A stretch of DNA of 64,000 nt from Clostridiales bacterium (GTDB taxonomy: Bacteria; Bacillota; Clostridia; Christensenellales; UBA1242), in NCBI GenBank assembly GCA_015055515.1, contig SVIC01000002.1:2600-66599 (forward strand). The letters are read 5' to 3'. The position numbers and the translations under genes were made by a program. Below, in pieces: positions 1-9,567 of the stretch. Position 1 is the stretch's first letter, and every line of letters begins with the position of its first letter. The notes under the pieces are model-generated. The model saw only the letters and a program-made list of their open reading frames with translations, was not told the origin of the DNA and ran no database searches.

Positions 1-255
1 GAAATTATCTTGTCAATCACTGAGGACATAGAAGTAGGCAAGACATATACAGGAACAGTTGAGAGAATTATGCAATTCGGTGCTTTTGTTAACTTAGGCT
101 ATGGCAAAGAGGGTATGATCCACATTTCAAAGCTTTCTTCTAAGAGAGTTGAAAAGGTGGAAGATGTAGTAAAAGTAGGAGATAAGGTAGAAGTCTCTGT
201 ATTGAAGAATGAAAAGGGCAAGATAGACCTAAAATTAATTGGTGTATTTGCATAG
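1..255 (+). CDS. pnp: Polyribonucleotide nucleotidyltransferase, C-terminal S1 domain (5'-truncated by the window edge)
   Basis: Frame open from base 1; S1 motif VGKTYTGTVERIMQFGAFV...GKEGMIHISKLSSKRVEKVEDVVKVGD is typical of the PNPase C-terminus. Confidence 0.8.
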   Translation, partial: EIILSITEDIEVGKTYTGTVERIMQFGAFVNLGYGKEGMIHISKLSSKRVEKVEDVVKVGDKVEVSVLKNEKGKIDLKLIGVFA

Positions 256-285
256 AAAAAACTGCTAATTATTAGCAGTTTTTTT
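256..285 (+). terminator. Intrinsic terminator after pnp
   Basis: AAAAACTGCTAAT-T-ATTAGCAGTTTTTTT inverted repeat with T tract. Confidence 0.85.
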
Positions 286-307
286 GTAGTTTATTATCGG
301 GAAATAT

Positions 308-329
308 AAAAAAGACACAATGGTGTCTG
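308..329 (-). terminator. Terminator of the SRP RNA gene
   Basis: Minus strand AGACAC-CATT-GTGTCT-TTTTT just 3' of the RNA. Confidence 0.65.
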
Positions 330-346
330 TTAATTTTTATAAAAAA

Positions 347-617
347 ACCGTGCGATTGGCTTCGAAATCGTAACACATAGAAATTATATATTATAGACTC
401 ATCTAAAGCTACCTTATGGCACATAACCAAATCCACTTAATGATGCTTCCTTCCGGACCTGACATGGTTCGTGGCAGGCTATTGCATAAGACCTTAAAAT
501 CAACACCTATAGTATATAATATTCTACATGCACTAGACACCCCTCAGCCAACCATTCAGTCCTGCGTATAGTTGGTTTCAGGTAACAGGGCACAACTAAC
601 TCCCCACCTAGCACGGT
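347..617 (-). ncRNA. ffs: Large (Firmicutes-type) signal recognition particle RNA, about 271 nt
   Basis: Minus strand has the S-domain core CAGGTCCGGAAGGAAGCA, an Alu-type 5' end CCGTGCTAGGTGGGGAGTTAG..GTGCCCTGT and complementary ends ACCGTGC/GCACGGT. Confidence 0.95.
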
Positions 618-623
618 ATAAAT

Positions 624-652
624 ATATTAACATAAAAATATAATAATAGCAA
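624..652 (-). promoter_or_regulatory. SigA promoter of SRP RNA
   Basis: TTGCTA-17 nt-TAATAT with TGn extension, 6 nt before the RNA 5' end. Confidence 0.55.
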
Positions 653-738
653 GTATATTTGTATTCACTAGTTAAATAACTTGTAAAATATTGTTACATT
701 TGATATACTAATTTATATTAATTAATATTGGAGTATAA

Positions 739-1467
739 ATGGAAAAAGAGAGTAGAGCAAGAAGATTTATTAATTGTTATAATATTATAGATCAAGCACT
801 GCGTGTGCAAGGTGATATGTCTAAGTCTATTAGTTATACCGAGGCTGTAAGAAAGTCTGCTAGAACTAATGGTATTGTAAAAAAATATGAGGATGTGCTG
901 GTAGATTATGGTAGGCTAAGAAATGCAATAGTTCATTCTGCAGACACTACCAAATTAATAGCAGAGCCAAATGAAGAGGTTGTGGAAGAATTTGAGAAGA
1001 TATGTTCTTTAATTTGTTCACCTCCTCTGGCAGTAGATACTATTTGCAATAAAAAGTTTGCTAGTTTGGAACATAATGTAAAGTTGCATGATGTTATGCA
1101 ATTTATGTATCAAAGTGGTTATAGTAGTATTCCTATTTACAAGGATAGCATGCTAATTGGTGTTGCTAATGCTACTAAGATAACTAGGCTTTTGGGCAAG
1201 AAGTTGTATCAGAAGGAAGATATTAATAAGTATATTACAAGTACAACAATTGAAGAAGCTTTAAAAGATTTGTTTGAGAATAATTACTATACAATAGCCA
1301 ACGAGAAAACAACATTGGATAAAATCCTTAATTTGTTCTCGGAAAATAGAAAATTATTGTTAATAATTATTACAAAAAATGGCAGTCTGCTTGAACAACC
1401 AATAGGCATTGTTACAGCAGGTGATATAATGGAAATAAATAAAATACTGGATAATTTTGGTGCATAA
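739..1467 (+). CDS. CBS-domain protein with an N-terminal helical domain carrying an RxxxxH (HEPN-like) motif
   Basis: C-terminal CBS pair (YSSIPIY..LIG; PIGIVTAGDI); LRNAIVH at aa 60-66; GGAG RBS. Confidence 0.75.
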   Translation: MEKESRARRFINCYNIIDQALRVQGDMSKSISYTEAVRKSARTNGIVKKYEDVLVDYGRLRNAIVHSADTTKLIAEPNEEVVEEFEKICSLICSPPLAVDTICNKKFASLEHNVKLHDVMQFMYQSGYSSIPIYKDSMLIGVANATKITRLLGKKLYQKEDINKYITSTTIEEALKDLFENNYYTIANEKTTLDKILNLFSENRKLLLIIITKNGSLLEQPIGIVTAGDIMEINKILDNFGA

Positions 1468-1581
1468 AAATAAATAATATAAAAATTATCAAAAATTCAA
1501 AAAACTTGTTGCATTTAGTGTAATAATTTGATATAATAAATCGCGTTGAATTACAAATGACCTATGGGGGTGGATATTAAT

Positions 1582-1773
1582 ATGGCAAAAGAATGTTGTA
1601 TATGCGGTAAGTCAAAGGTGGCAGGAAATCAAGTAAGCCACTCACATATTGCCACTAAGAGAAGTTGGGAAGCAAATCTTCAGAAGAAGAATGTTGATAT
1701 TGATGGCAAGTTGACTAAGAAGTATATTTGCACAAGATGTCTAAAGACTTTGAAGAAAAGCGAAAATAATTAA
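1582..1773 (+). CDS. rpmB: 50S ribosomal protein L28 (zinc-binding form)
   Basis: MAKECCICGK...GNQVSHSHIATKRSWEANLQ...ICTRCLK; start moved to the second ATG. Confidence 0.95.
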   Translation: MAKECCICGKSKVAGNQVSHSHIATKRSWEANLQKKNVDIDGKLTKKYICTRCLKTLKKSENN

Positions 1774-1778
1774 TTGTT

Positions 1779-1805
1779 AAGAGTTGTCCATGGACAACTC
1801 TTTTT
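1779..1805 (+). terminator. Terminator after rpmB
   Basis: Palindromic AAGAGTTGTCCATGGACAACTCTT followed by T tract. Confidence 0.85.
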
Positions 1806-1987
1806 GTTTTCTACAATATCTTGTTATTATTTATATTCATTTGCTTAAAAACGGAAAAATATGTATAATATATGAATAGTTATAATATAAATGTATGCAA
1901 ATGAATTAAATATTAATTGTTAAGATAATTTTGTTTATAATCATATTTCTTTATTAATTGTAAGAAAGCAATATCATAGGAGGGGAA

Positions 1988-2662
1988 ATGCTAGATTTTA
2001 TAGAAATGGGCTTGGGTGTAAAAGAGGTAATTGTGCTAACAATAAGTATGACCCTTGTTTTATTAATTTCATTTAGTCTTCATGAATATGCACATGCCTT
2101 GATTGCTTATAAAAATGGTGATATGACCGCAAAGTCATTGGGAAGGCTAACTGTTAATCCGTTAGCTCATATTGATCCTATTGGTTTTGTTTGTTGTATG
2201 TTGTTTAACTTTGGATGGGCAAAGCCTGTACCTATTAACCCATTACATTTTAGAAATTATAAAAAAGGTATTGTAGCAACATCAATAGCAGGTGTAATTA
2301 CTAATTTAATCTTAGCGTTCATTGGATGTGGATTGTATTTTGCATATGTTTTATTTCTACAGCCATTAATTGTAAACCAGTATTTGTCAATACTATTAGG
2401 CTCTTTTTTATATTTTTTGTTTAATATTAACATTTGCCTAATGGTATTTAACTTATTACCTATTCCTCCACTGGATGGCTTTAATGTAATAAATGCTGTG
2501 ACAAAATACGGTAATAAATTCGTTCAATTTATGGAAAGATATGGAACAATTATATTGCTAATGATCTTAATATTTGGATCAAATATACTGGGTTGGCTGA
2601 TATCTTATGTTGCTTTGCCGATTGAGTTGTTGTGGTCTTGGATCTTTGGTTTGTTTTTGTAG
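1988..2662 (+). CDS. Site-2 protease (M50 family) membrane zinc metalloprotease
   Basis: HEYAH and NLLPIPPLDG motifs, GRLTVNPLAHIDP, multiple TM segments. Confidence 0.9.
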   Translation: MLDFIEMGLGVKEVIVLTISMTLVLLISFSLHEYAHALIAYKNGDMTAKSLGRLTVNPLAHIDPIGFVCCMLFNFGWAKPVPINPLHFRNYKKGIVATSIAGVITNLILAFIGCGLYFAYVLFLQPLIVNQYLSILLGSFLYFLFNINICLMVFNLLPIPPLDGFNVINAVTKYGNKFVQFMERYGTIILLMILIFGSNILGWLISYVALPIELLWSWIFGLFL

Positions 2663-2670
2663 GGTGAGGT

Positions 2671-3447
2671 ATGGAAGAGAAAATAGAAAATGTTATATTG
2701 GTAAATGATGAACAAACGGGTGATAGTGCACTTCAATTCCAATTTGCTGGACAGGTTGGGCCTATTGGACTACTTGTATATCTAGTAAAGAAGAACAAGC
2801 TTGAAATAGAAGAGGTGAGGTTGGCAGATATTACCGATCAATATCTGAAGATGATAGAGGGTATTGAAAAGCTAGATTTAGAGGTTGCTAGTGAATTTAT
2901 AGTTGTTGCTACAGAGTTAATAGAAATCAAAAGTAAAACATTGTTGCCATCAACAAAAGATATAGAAGATGACGAAGAAGATCCGGAATATCTGATCAAA
3001 CTACGAATGAAAGAATATGAAATGATGCAGGAAATGAGTGGCAAGTTACGAGAAATTGAAAATACAGAAGTCTTCTATAAATCCCCCGAGCCAGAAGCAG
3101 GCAAGTATAGAGTAAAGATTAAGGATATGCAACTTGATGCACTGCTTGATGCTTTTACAAGGTTCATGCTTAAAAATGTGAAAAAAGAAGCAGAGGCTAC
3201 TGAAACTAAACAAGTAGTAAAAGAAAGATTTACTGTAGAGCAAAAGATAGCTAATATAAAAGATGCATTATTAATTAATAAAACAATAAAATTTAGTCAA
3301 CTAATGTCTCAAAGCACATCAAAAAATGAGATAGTAACAACATTTATGGCTCTACTAGAATTGTTAAAATTACAGAATATTAAAGTCAAGCAGAGTGATT
3401 TGTTTGAGGATATTGATATTATAAGGAATGAAGAAGATAATGGATAA
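2671..3447 (+). CDS. scpA: Segregation/condensation protein A (kleisin)
   Basis: GP(I)GLL..L, ITDQYL, ASEFIVVATELIEIKSKTLLP, IVTTFMALLELLK. Confidence 0.93.
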   Translation: MEEKIENVILVNDEQTGDSALQFQFAGQVGPIGLLVYLVKKNKLEIEEVRLADITDQYLKMIEGIEKLDLEVASEFIVVATELIEIKSKTLLPSTKDIEDDEEDPEYLIKLRMKEYEMMQEMSGKLREIENTEVFYKSPEPEAGKYRVKIKDMQLDALLDAFTRFMLKNVKKEAEATETKQVVKERFTVEQKIANIKDALLINKTIKFSQLMSQSTSKNEIVTTFMALLELLKLQNIKVKQSDLFEDIDIIRNEEDNG

Positions 3448-4153
3448 TTTGAAAGAAATTATAGAAGGAATATTGTTTGTATCCGGTGATGGAGTTGCGT
3501 TCTCTGACATCGCAGAGAAATTAAATGTAGAGATAGAAGAAGTTGCATCTGCAGTGGATGAGTTGAAAAAAGATCGGGAAGAAACGCAATCGGGTATCCA
3601 AGTAGTAGTATTTAATAATAAGGCACAGTTATCATCAAATAAGGCGTATGTAAATGAAATTGCAGAGGTATTAAATCCTATAAGAGAAAGAGCGCTAACA
3701 AAGACAGTATTGGAAGTCTTGTCAATAATTGCTTATAAACAGCCAATTACACGTATGGAGATAGAGGCAATAAGGGAATCGAAGAACTGTGATTATGCAG
3801 TGAACGCTCTTCTAGAAAACGACCTTATATGCGTTGTTGGAAGAAAGGATACAGTAGGAAAACCATTAGAATTTGGAACGACAGATAATTTCTTAAAGAA
3901 GTTTGGATTAACAAGTATTGGGGATTTGCCTGAGTATGAAGAACTACTGGAAAGAATACAAATCATTAAGGAGTCTTATAAGAAAGAAGATAGTAGTCTA
4001 TTTAATTTTAATAACATGCCAGAGGATATAGCAAATCAAGACAAGATTGACGAAGAGGCAGAGATAGATGAGGAAGATATACTTAATAATTTAACAACGT
4101 TAGACAGCGAAGAAGAAATATATGATTTCGATGATGATGCTACTTTTGTATAA
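3440..4153 (+). CDS. scpB: SMC-Scp complex subunit ScpB
   Basis: IEGILF, LEVLSIIAYKQPITRMEIE, GRKDTVGKP..FGTTDNFL..FGL; acidic tail. Confidence 0.95.
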   Translation: MDNLKEIIEGILFVSGDGVAFSDIAEKLNVEIEEVASAVDELKKDREETQSGIQVVVFNNKAQLSSNKAYVNEIAEVLNPIRERALTKTVLEVLSIIAYKQPITRMEIEAIRESKNCDYAVNALLENDLICVVGRKDTVGKPLEFGTTDNFLKKFGLTSIGDLPEYEELLERIQIIKESYKKEDSSLFNFNNMPEDIANQDKIDEEAEIDEEDILNNLTTLDSEEEIYDFDDDATFV

Positions 4154-4186
4154 GAAATTATAATTATATAAATATATGCATAAAAT

Positions 4187-4213
4187 AAAATGGCTATTGT
4201 AGCCATTTTTTTA
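4187..4213 (+). terminator. Terminator after scpB
   Basis: AAAATGGCTA-TTG-TAGCCATTTT-TTT. Confidence 0.8.
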
Positions 4214-4253
4214 ATAAATATATCATTCAAATATAAAATTTATATTAAAAGTG

Positions 4254-4282
4254 TTGCAAAAAGTAGAACTATTAAGTATAAT
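4254..4282 (+). promoter_or_regulatory. SigA promoter of asp23-fakA
   Basis: TTGCAA-17 nt-TATAAT. Confidence 0.65.
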
Positions 4283-4375
4283 CTATATGTAGTTGTGAGA
4301 TGGTTTTTTGTATTTGTTGATTTATCAACAAAACCGTATTTCAATTATTAATAATGATAATTCTTAGGGGGTTAT

Positions 4376-4723
4376 ATGGCAGTAAAGACATCGAATGCGT
4401 ATGGAAAAATAACAATAGATGATAATGCTATTGCTTGCGTTACAGGGCATATTGCTAGAGAGTGCTATGGTGTTATCGATTTGGCCAGCCAAGGTTTCAA
4501 GGGGTCTTTCAAATCTGTTAAGAAGAAATCATTATCTAATGGTGTAAAGATCAAGACTATTGGTAATAGAATATATATCGATCTTGATGTTATATTGAAG
4601 TTTGGTGTATCTATCTCAACCGTTACAGATAATCTAAAGAGTTCAATTAAGTATGGTGTAGAGAGTTTTACAGGAATGATAATTGACTCTGTGAATATAA
4701 ATGTTGTTGGTGTTAGGGTATAA
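4376..4723 (+). CDS. Asp23/Gls24 family protein (YloU-like)
   Basis: YGKITI...ECYGV...VESFTG..I..VNINVVGVRV; conserved position before fakA. Confidence 0.9.
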   Translation: MAVKTSNAYGKITIDDNAIACVTGHIARECYGVIDLASQGFKGSFKSVKKKSLSNGVKIKTIGNRIYIDLDVILKFGVSISTVTDNLKSSIKYGVESFTGMIIDSVNINVVGVRV

Positions 4724-4764
4724 CCTTTTTAGCCAATATCGATTGAAATCCAAGGAGCAATTAA

Positions 4765-6417
4765 ATGCAAAAGAGTATAAATAGTGTAATGTTTAGGAAA
4801 ATGCTGAATGCCAGCGCAAAGATCCTAGATGAGAATAAAAAATTAGTAGATTCATTGAACGTATTCCCAGTTCCAGATGGAGATACAGGAACTAACATGA
4901 ATCTTACATATAATAGTGCAATTAAAGAAGTAAATAATTGTTTAGACAATTCATTTGCAGCAATAAGTGAAAGTTTGTCAAAAGGCGCATTAAGAGGCGC
5001 AAGAGGTAACTCTGGTGTTATATTGTCACAGATATTAAAAGGTATGAGTTCTGTATTAGCAAAGGCAGAAGAATCAGTTACAACTAAGGTTTTTGCGAAG
5101 GCTTTGGTAGAAGGTAGTAATGTTGCATATAAAGCTGTTACAAAGCCTAAAGAAGGTACTATTCTAACAGTTATACGAACAATGGCGGAATCTGCTACTA
5201 AGACAGCTAAAAAAGTAAGTGACTTCGAAGAATTCTTCTCAATTGTTCTGCAAGATGCAGAATTCATATTACAGCAGACCCCAGAAATGCTTCCTGTATT
5301 AAAGAAAGCTGGTGTGGTTGATGCTGGTGGTCGTGGATTGATTGTAATATTTACAGGAATGCAGAGAATTCTAAGTGGCGATGAAGAACTTGATCTTACA
5401 ATAGAAGAGATGATAAATAATGTCGCAGAAGCATCAAATTCTAATGAAGTATATGTTAATTTGGAGAATTTGGCAGAGATAGAGTTTGCTTATTGTACTG
5501 AATTTATGGTGTCTCATATGAAGAAGAAGACTACCGAGAGTGATATAGACAAGCTTCGTGAGAACTTAATGAACATTGGTGACAGTGTTGTATGTGTAGG
5601 TGATTTGCAACTTGTTAAAGTACACGTTCATACCAATGAGCCTAATTTAGCACTAGGATATGCTCTAGACTTAGGTGAGATAATTAATATCAAGATTGAG
5701 AACATGGTAGAGCAAAATAGAGAGTTAAAGAGAATGCGTAATCAGCAACAAGAGAACTTAAAAGAATTTGGAATTGTTGCTGTGGCTCCTGGCGAAGGCA
5801 TTGCTAATGTATTTAGTGATTTGTTAGTTGATAACATTATAGAAGGTGGTCAAACAATGAATCCAAGTGCTGATGATATAGCCAAGGCTGTAGACAAAGT
5901 ACCTGCAAGAAATGTATTCGTTTTACCAAATAATAAGAATATAATTCTTGCTGCAGAGCAGGCTAAGAATTTAACTAATAAATTCATATATGTTATTCCA
6001 ACTACTTCTGTTCCAGAAGGTATATCTGCAGTATTGGGATTTAACTTAGAGGGAACGTTAGAGGAAAATATGGAAGCTATGATGAGTGGAAAAGACTCTG
6101 TTCAGTCGGCTTCTGTAACATATGCGGTTAGAACAACACATGTGGATGGGTTTGACCTAAATCAAGGCGATATTATTGGTTTAGACAACAAGTCTATTAT
6201 TGCAAAGGGTTCTCTTGTAAAAGATACTACATTGCAATTATTGGATAAAATGGTTACTCCTGATAGTGTTAATATTACTTTGTTCTATGGCAAAGACATT
6301 AACGAAGAAGAAGCACAGACCTTGGTATCTGAGGTTGAGGCAAAATACGATCAATGTGATGTAACTTTGCTACCAGGTGGACAACCAGTATATTATTATA
6401 TTATTTCTATTGAATAA
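4765..6417 (+). CDS. fakA: DAK2-domain fatty acid kinase catalytic subunit (YloV/FakA)
   Basis: LNVFPVPDGDTGTNM, GARGNSGVILSQ, GVVDAGG, YCTEF, KVHVHT, GGQTMNPS, GGQPVYYY. Confidence 0.93.
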   Translation: MQKSINSVMFRKMLNASAKILDENKKLVDSLNVFPVPDGDTGTNMNLTYNSAIKEVNNCLDNSFAAISESLSKGALRGARGNSGVILSQILKGMSSVLAKAEESVTTKVFAKALVEGSNVAYKAVTKPKEGTILTVIRTMAESATKTAKKVSDFEEFFSIVLQDAEFILQQTPEMLPVLKKAGVVDAGGRGLIVIFTGMQRILSGDEELDLTIEEMINNVAEASNSNEVYVNLENLAEIEFAYCTEFMVSHMKKKTTESDIDKLRENLMNIGDSVVCVGDLQLVKVHVHTNEPNLALGYALDLGEIINIKIENMVEQNRELKRMRNQQQENLKEFGIVAVAPGEGIANVFSDLLVDNIIEGGQTMNPSADDIAKAVDKVPARNVFVLPNNKNIILAAEQAKNLTNKFIYVIPTTSVPEGISAVLGFNLEGTLEENMEAMMSGKDSVQSASVTYAVRTTHVDGFDLNQGDIIGLDNKSIIAKGSLVKDTTLQLLDKMVTPDSVNITLFYGKDINEEEAQTLVSEVEAKYDQCDVTLLPGGQPVYYYIISIE

Positions 6418-6442
6418 AATCAAAATTAGTATTAATATTGAC

Positions 6443-6485
6443 AAAAAGTAACAAATATCAATATATGATGTTTGTTACTTTTTTT
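6443..6485 (+). terminator. Terminator after fakA
   Basis: AAAAAGTAACAAATATCA...TGATGTTTGTTACTTTTTTT hairpin. Confidence 0.7.
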
Positions 6486-6517
6486 GTATAATCTATAAAA
6501 GTATAGGAGGTAAAGAC

Positions 6518-6826
6518 ATGCAGATATCTAGCAGTGCAATAGACAACACACTATATATTAAAATGTATGGAGAGCTGGATGAATATACAGCTGGGTACAC
6601 AAGAGATAAGTTAGATGAATTATTTACAGTCAACAAATATTGTAAAATTGTTATTGATATGTCTAATTTAACATTTATGGACAGTACTGGAATAGGTGTA
6701 TTAATAGGCAGATATAAGAGGGTAAAGGAATATAATAAACAGATTTATATTCAAAATCCAAATAATCAAATTGAAAAAATATTTAAGATGAGTGGCATAT
6801 ACGAAATAATGCCAAAGATAAGTTAG
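6518..6826 (+). CDS. spoIIAA: Anti-anti-sigma F factor (STAS)
   Basis: GELD, LTFMDSTGIGVLIGRYK; first gene of the spoIIA operon. Confidence 0.93.
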   Translation: MQISSSAIDNTLYIKMYGELDEYTAGYTRDKLDELFTVNKYCKIVIDMSNLTFMDSTGIGVLIGRYKRVKEYNKQIYIQNPNNQIEKIFKMSGIYEIMPKIS

Positions 6827-6837
6827 GAGTATTGATT

Positions 6838-7284
6838 ATGTATAATAATGAAATGTTATTAAAATTCAAAGCAACTAGTGAAAATGAATCTTTTGCTAGA
6901 ATATGCATATCGGCATTTGTTGCCTCAGCAAATCCTACAATGGATGAGATTGGTGATATTAAGACGGCGGTGAGCGAAGCGGTAACTAATTGTGTTGTTC
7001 ATGCTTATGATAATGAAGTAGGCGATATAGAGATGTATGCGTGTATAAATGGAGATAATATCTATATATCAATCACAGATAAAGGAATAGGTATTGAAGA
7101 TATTAACAAAGCAAAAGAACCATTCTATACATCGAAGCCATCTAAGGAACGTAGTGGAATGGGGTTCACTGTAATGGAAAGCTTTATGGATGAAGTAAAG
7201 ATATCATCGCAAAAAGGTAAAGGTACTAAAGTAGAAATGTATAAATCATTAGGTAAAGATCAAAATATTGCTTGTGGGGTATAA
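6838..7284 (+). CDS. spoIIAB: Anti-sigma F factor kinase
   Basis: NESFAR, IKTAVSEAVTNCVVHAY, ERSGMGFTVMESFMD. Confidence 0.96.
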   Translation: MYNNEMLLKFKATSENESFARICISAFVASANPTMDEIGDIKTAVSEAVTNCVVHAYDNEVGDIEMYACINGDNIYISITDKGIGIEDINKAKEPFYTSKPSKERSGMGFTVMESFMDEVKISSQKGKGTKVEMYKSLGKDQNIACGV

Positions 7285-7285
7285 T

Positions 7286-8014
7286 ATGTATGATTACAAG
7301 GATATTTTGGATTTAGTAAAACTTGCACAAAATGGTGATAATGACGCAAAAGAAAATCTATTATTACAAAATTCACCATTGATTAAAAGTGTTATCAAGA
7401 GATATATTGACAAGGGTATTGAGTATGATGATTTGTATCAATTAGGAAGTCTTGGATTTTTGAAGGCAATTAATAATTTTGATGAGTCACATGATGTAAA
7501 ATTTAGCACATATGCAGTACCAATGATTGCAGGAGAAGTAAAAAGATACTTAAGAGATAATGGCATAATTAAAGTGTCAAGAAGTGTAAAATCATTAAAT
7601 ATACAGATAAATAAGTTTATTAGTAATTATTTGGAAGAAAACAACACTTCACCAAATATAGATATAATTGCGTCTAATTTTGATATAACTCCGCAAGAAG
7701 TTATATTTGCAATGGAAAGTAGCAGAAAACCCTTATCATTGTTTTCTGTCATAAACGATGACACTGATAACAAAAATACATGCATTATTGACAAAATTGC
7801 CAATGATGATGCTGAAAATGAAATTGATAAAATGTTACTATTTAAGGAGTTGAAATCATTAACAAATAGAGACAGAAAGATTATATTATTAAGATATTTT
7901 AGAGATATGACTCAGAAAGAAATTGCAGATGTATTGGGTGTCTCTCAAGTGCAAGTGAGTAGGTTAGAAAGTAAAATTCTTAATAAATTGAGAGATAAAA
8001 TAAAAAGTAACTAA
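7286..8014 (+). CDS. sigF: Forespore sigma factor F
   Basis: DDLYQLG..G..KAI..FD, KFSTYAVPMIAGE, TQ.EIA..LGVSQVQVSRLE; third gene of spoIIA. Confidence 0.9.
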   Translation: MYDYKDILDLVKLAQNGDNDAKENLLLQNSPLIKSVIKRYIDKGIEYDDLYQLGSLGFLKAINNFDESHDVKFSTYAVPMIAGEVKRYLRDNGIIKVSRSVKSLNIQINKFISNYLEENNTSPNIDIIASNFDITPQEVIFAMESSRKPLSLFSVINDDTDNKNTCIIDKIANDDAENEIDKMLLFKELKSLTNRDRKIILLRYFRDMTQKEIADVLGVSQVQVSRLESKILNKLRDKIKSN

Positions 8015-8026
8015 GAATGGGTTTAG

Positions 8027-8863
8027 TTACTTTTTGTTTTTTTCGGTGTAGTTTGTGTATAATTTGTTTTCTTTCTTATATCCCACAAATGTATCGAGAT
8101 TAACTTGGTGAATACTATTGAAGATATTTTGTTCTATCATTGGATTGGTTTGTTTCAAATTCTTTATTAATTGTTTTATTTCATAACGCTTTGATGCGTT
8201 CTCATCAATTTTATTTTTCTCTGTCAATTTGCATGCGCATGCAATGAATTCTAGGCTGTTGTATTTAACCCATGCAGTAATATCTTCTTCTAGTACACTA
8301 TATAGAGGTCTAATTAATTTCATACCTTCGAAATTGGTGCTATTTAGAATAGGTAACATCGCTTGCAACTGTGAGCCATAGAACATTGCTATGAGTGTAG
8401 TTTCAATTACATCATTCATGTGGTGGCCGAGAGCAATCTTATTGCAACCTAAATCTTTTGCATATTTATATAGACAGCCTCTTCTCATTCTTGCACATAA
8501 ATAGCAAGCGTTCTTATCTGTTGCTTCTGCTACATCGAATATATTGCTATTATATATCTTAATAGGAATATCTAGTAGTTTTGCATTTGCTGTTATTTTT
8601 TCTCTAATATGCTCCTTATATCCAGGGTCCATTACTATAAATTCTAACTCAAAAGGAACATCTGAGAATGATTGAAGGTTCTGCATTAATTTTGCTAGCA
8701 AAAATGAATCTTTTCCACCAGATATGCATACAGCTATCTTATCGTTCTCTTCTATTAGATTGTATTTTTTGATAGATCTAATAAAAGGGGCCCATAATTT
8801 TTGCCGAAATTTTGTAATTATACTCCTCTCGACCATTTTGCTTTTAGTTAATTCTCTTTTCAT
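8027..8863 (-). CDS. ttcA: tRNA 2-thiocytidine biosynthesis TtcA-family protein
   Basis: PP-loop SGGKDS, CYLCARMRRG, IALGHH.ND, IRPL. Confidence 0.85.
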   Translation of the reverse strand: MKRELTKSKMVERSIITKFRQKLWAPFIRSIKKYNLIEENDKIAVCISGGKDSFLLAKLMQNLQSFSDVPFELEFIVMDPGYKEHIREKITANAKLLDIPIKIYNSNIFDVAEATDKNACYLCARMRRGCLYKYAKDLGCNKIALGHHMNDVIETTLIAMFYGSQLQAMLPILNSTNFEGMKLIRPLYSVLEEDITAWVKYNSLEFIACACKLTEKNKIDENASKRYEIKQLIKNLKQTNPMIEQNIFNSIHQVNLDTFVGYKKENKLYTNYTEKNKK

Positions 8864-9567
8864 TTGTTATCCTTTATTATTTTCAGTATTACATGTTGTG
8901 CTATTAGCATTCCAGCGATTATAGGTGTATATACTATGCTAGCAGGGGAATGCTTTGTACTATTATCTGGTACAATTATATTATTTCTTTCTTCTGTTGA
9001 ATATAAAACATCCAAGTTATTTATATTATTTTCCTTGCACAATTTTCTCATTATTTTTGCTAATTTGCATGTTTTTGTAGAATATATATCACATATTTCA
9101 AATTTTGTTGCATCAAGCTTGTTGCCTGTACCCATACAGGATATTATAGGTATATTTAGTTCTTGACATTTTTTAATAATATCTATTTTGGCTGTAATTG
9201 TATCTATTGCATCAATAACATAGTCATACTTGGAAAAATCAATGCAATTGGCATTATCTGGAAGATAAAATAAATTATATTCGACTATATTTATTTTTGG
9301 ATTAATTGCCATTGCTCTTTCTTTTGCAACGATTGTTTTCTTCTTTCCAATATTCTCATAATTTGCAATAATTTGGCGATTTAAGTTTGTTATATTTATC
9401 GTATCATTGTCTACAATATCAATATTCTCTATTCCAACTCGTACCAATGCTTCTAAGACACTTCCACCAACTCCGCCTAAGCCAAATATCAAAATGTGGC
9501 TATTTTTAAGCTTTGTCATATTGTCTTTACCTATCAACAACTCTGTTCTGTCGTAAAAATTTTCCAT
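8860..9567 (-). CDS. tcdA: tRNA threonylcarbamoyladenosine dehydratase (ThiF family)
   Basis: GLGGVG, NLNRQ, YDYVIDAID, SCMGTGNK, CKLAKIMRK; start at the ATG after the GAGGA RBS. Confidence 0.88.
   Translation of the reverse strand: MENFYDRTELLIGKDNMTKLKNSHILIFGLGGVGGSVLEALVRVGIENIDIVDNDTINITNLNRQIIANYENIGKKKTIVAKERAMAINPKINIVEYNLFYLPDNANCIDFSKYDYVIDAIDTITAKIDIIKKCQELNIPIISCMGTGNKLDATKFEICDIYSTKTCKLAKIMRKLCKENNINNLDVLYSTEERNNIIVPDNSTKHSPASIVYTPIIAGMLIAQHVILKIIKDNK

Noticed and set aside
4350-4368. Fur-box-like AATAATGATAATTCTTAGG before asp23
   Set aside because: Only a partial match in very AT-rich DNA, with no iron-related gene downstream.
6438-6492. Specific SigH or Spo0A-dependent spoIIA promoter
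   Set aside because: TTGACA and TATAAT-like words are present but at non-canonical spacings within the fakA terminator; no convincing SigH consensus.
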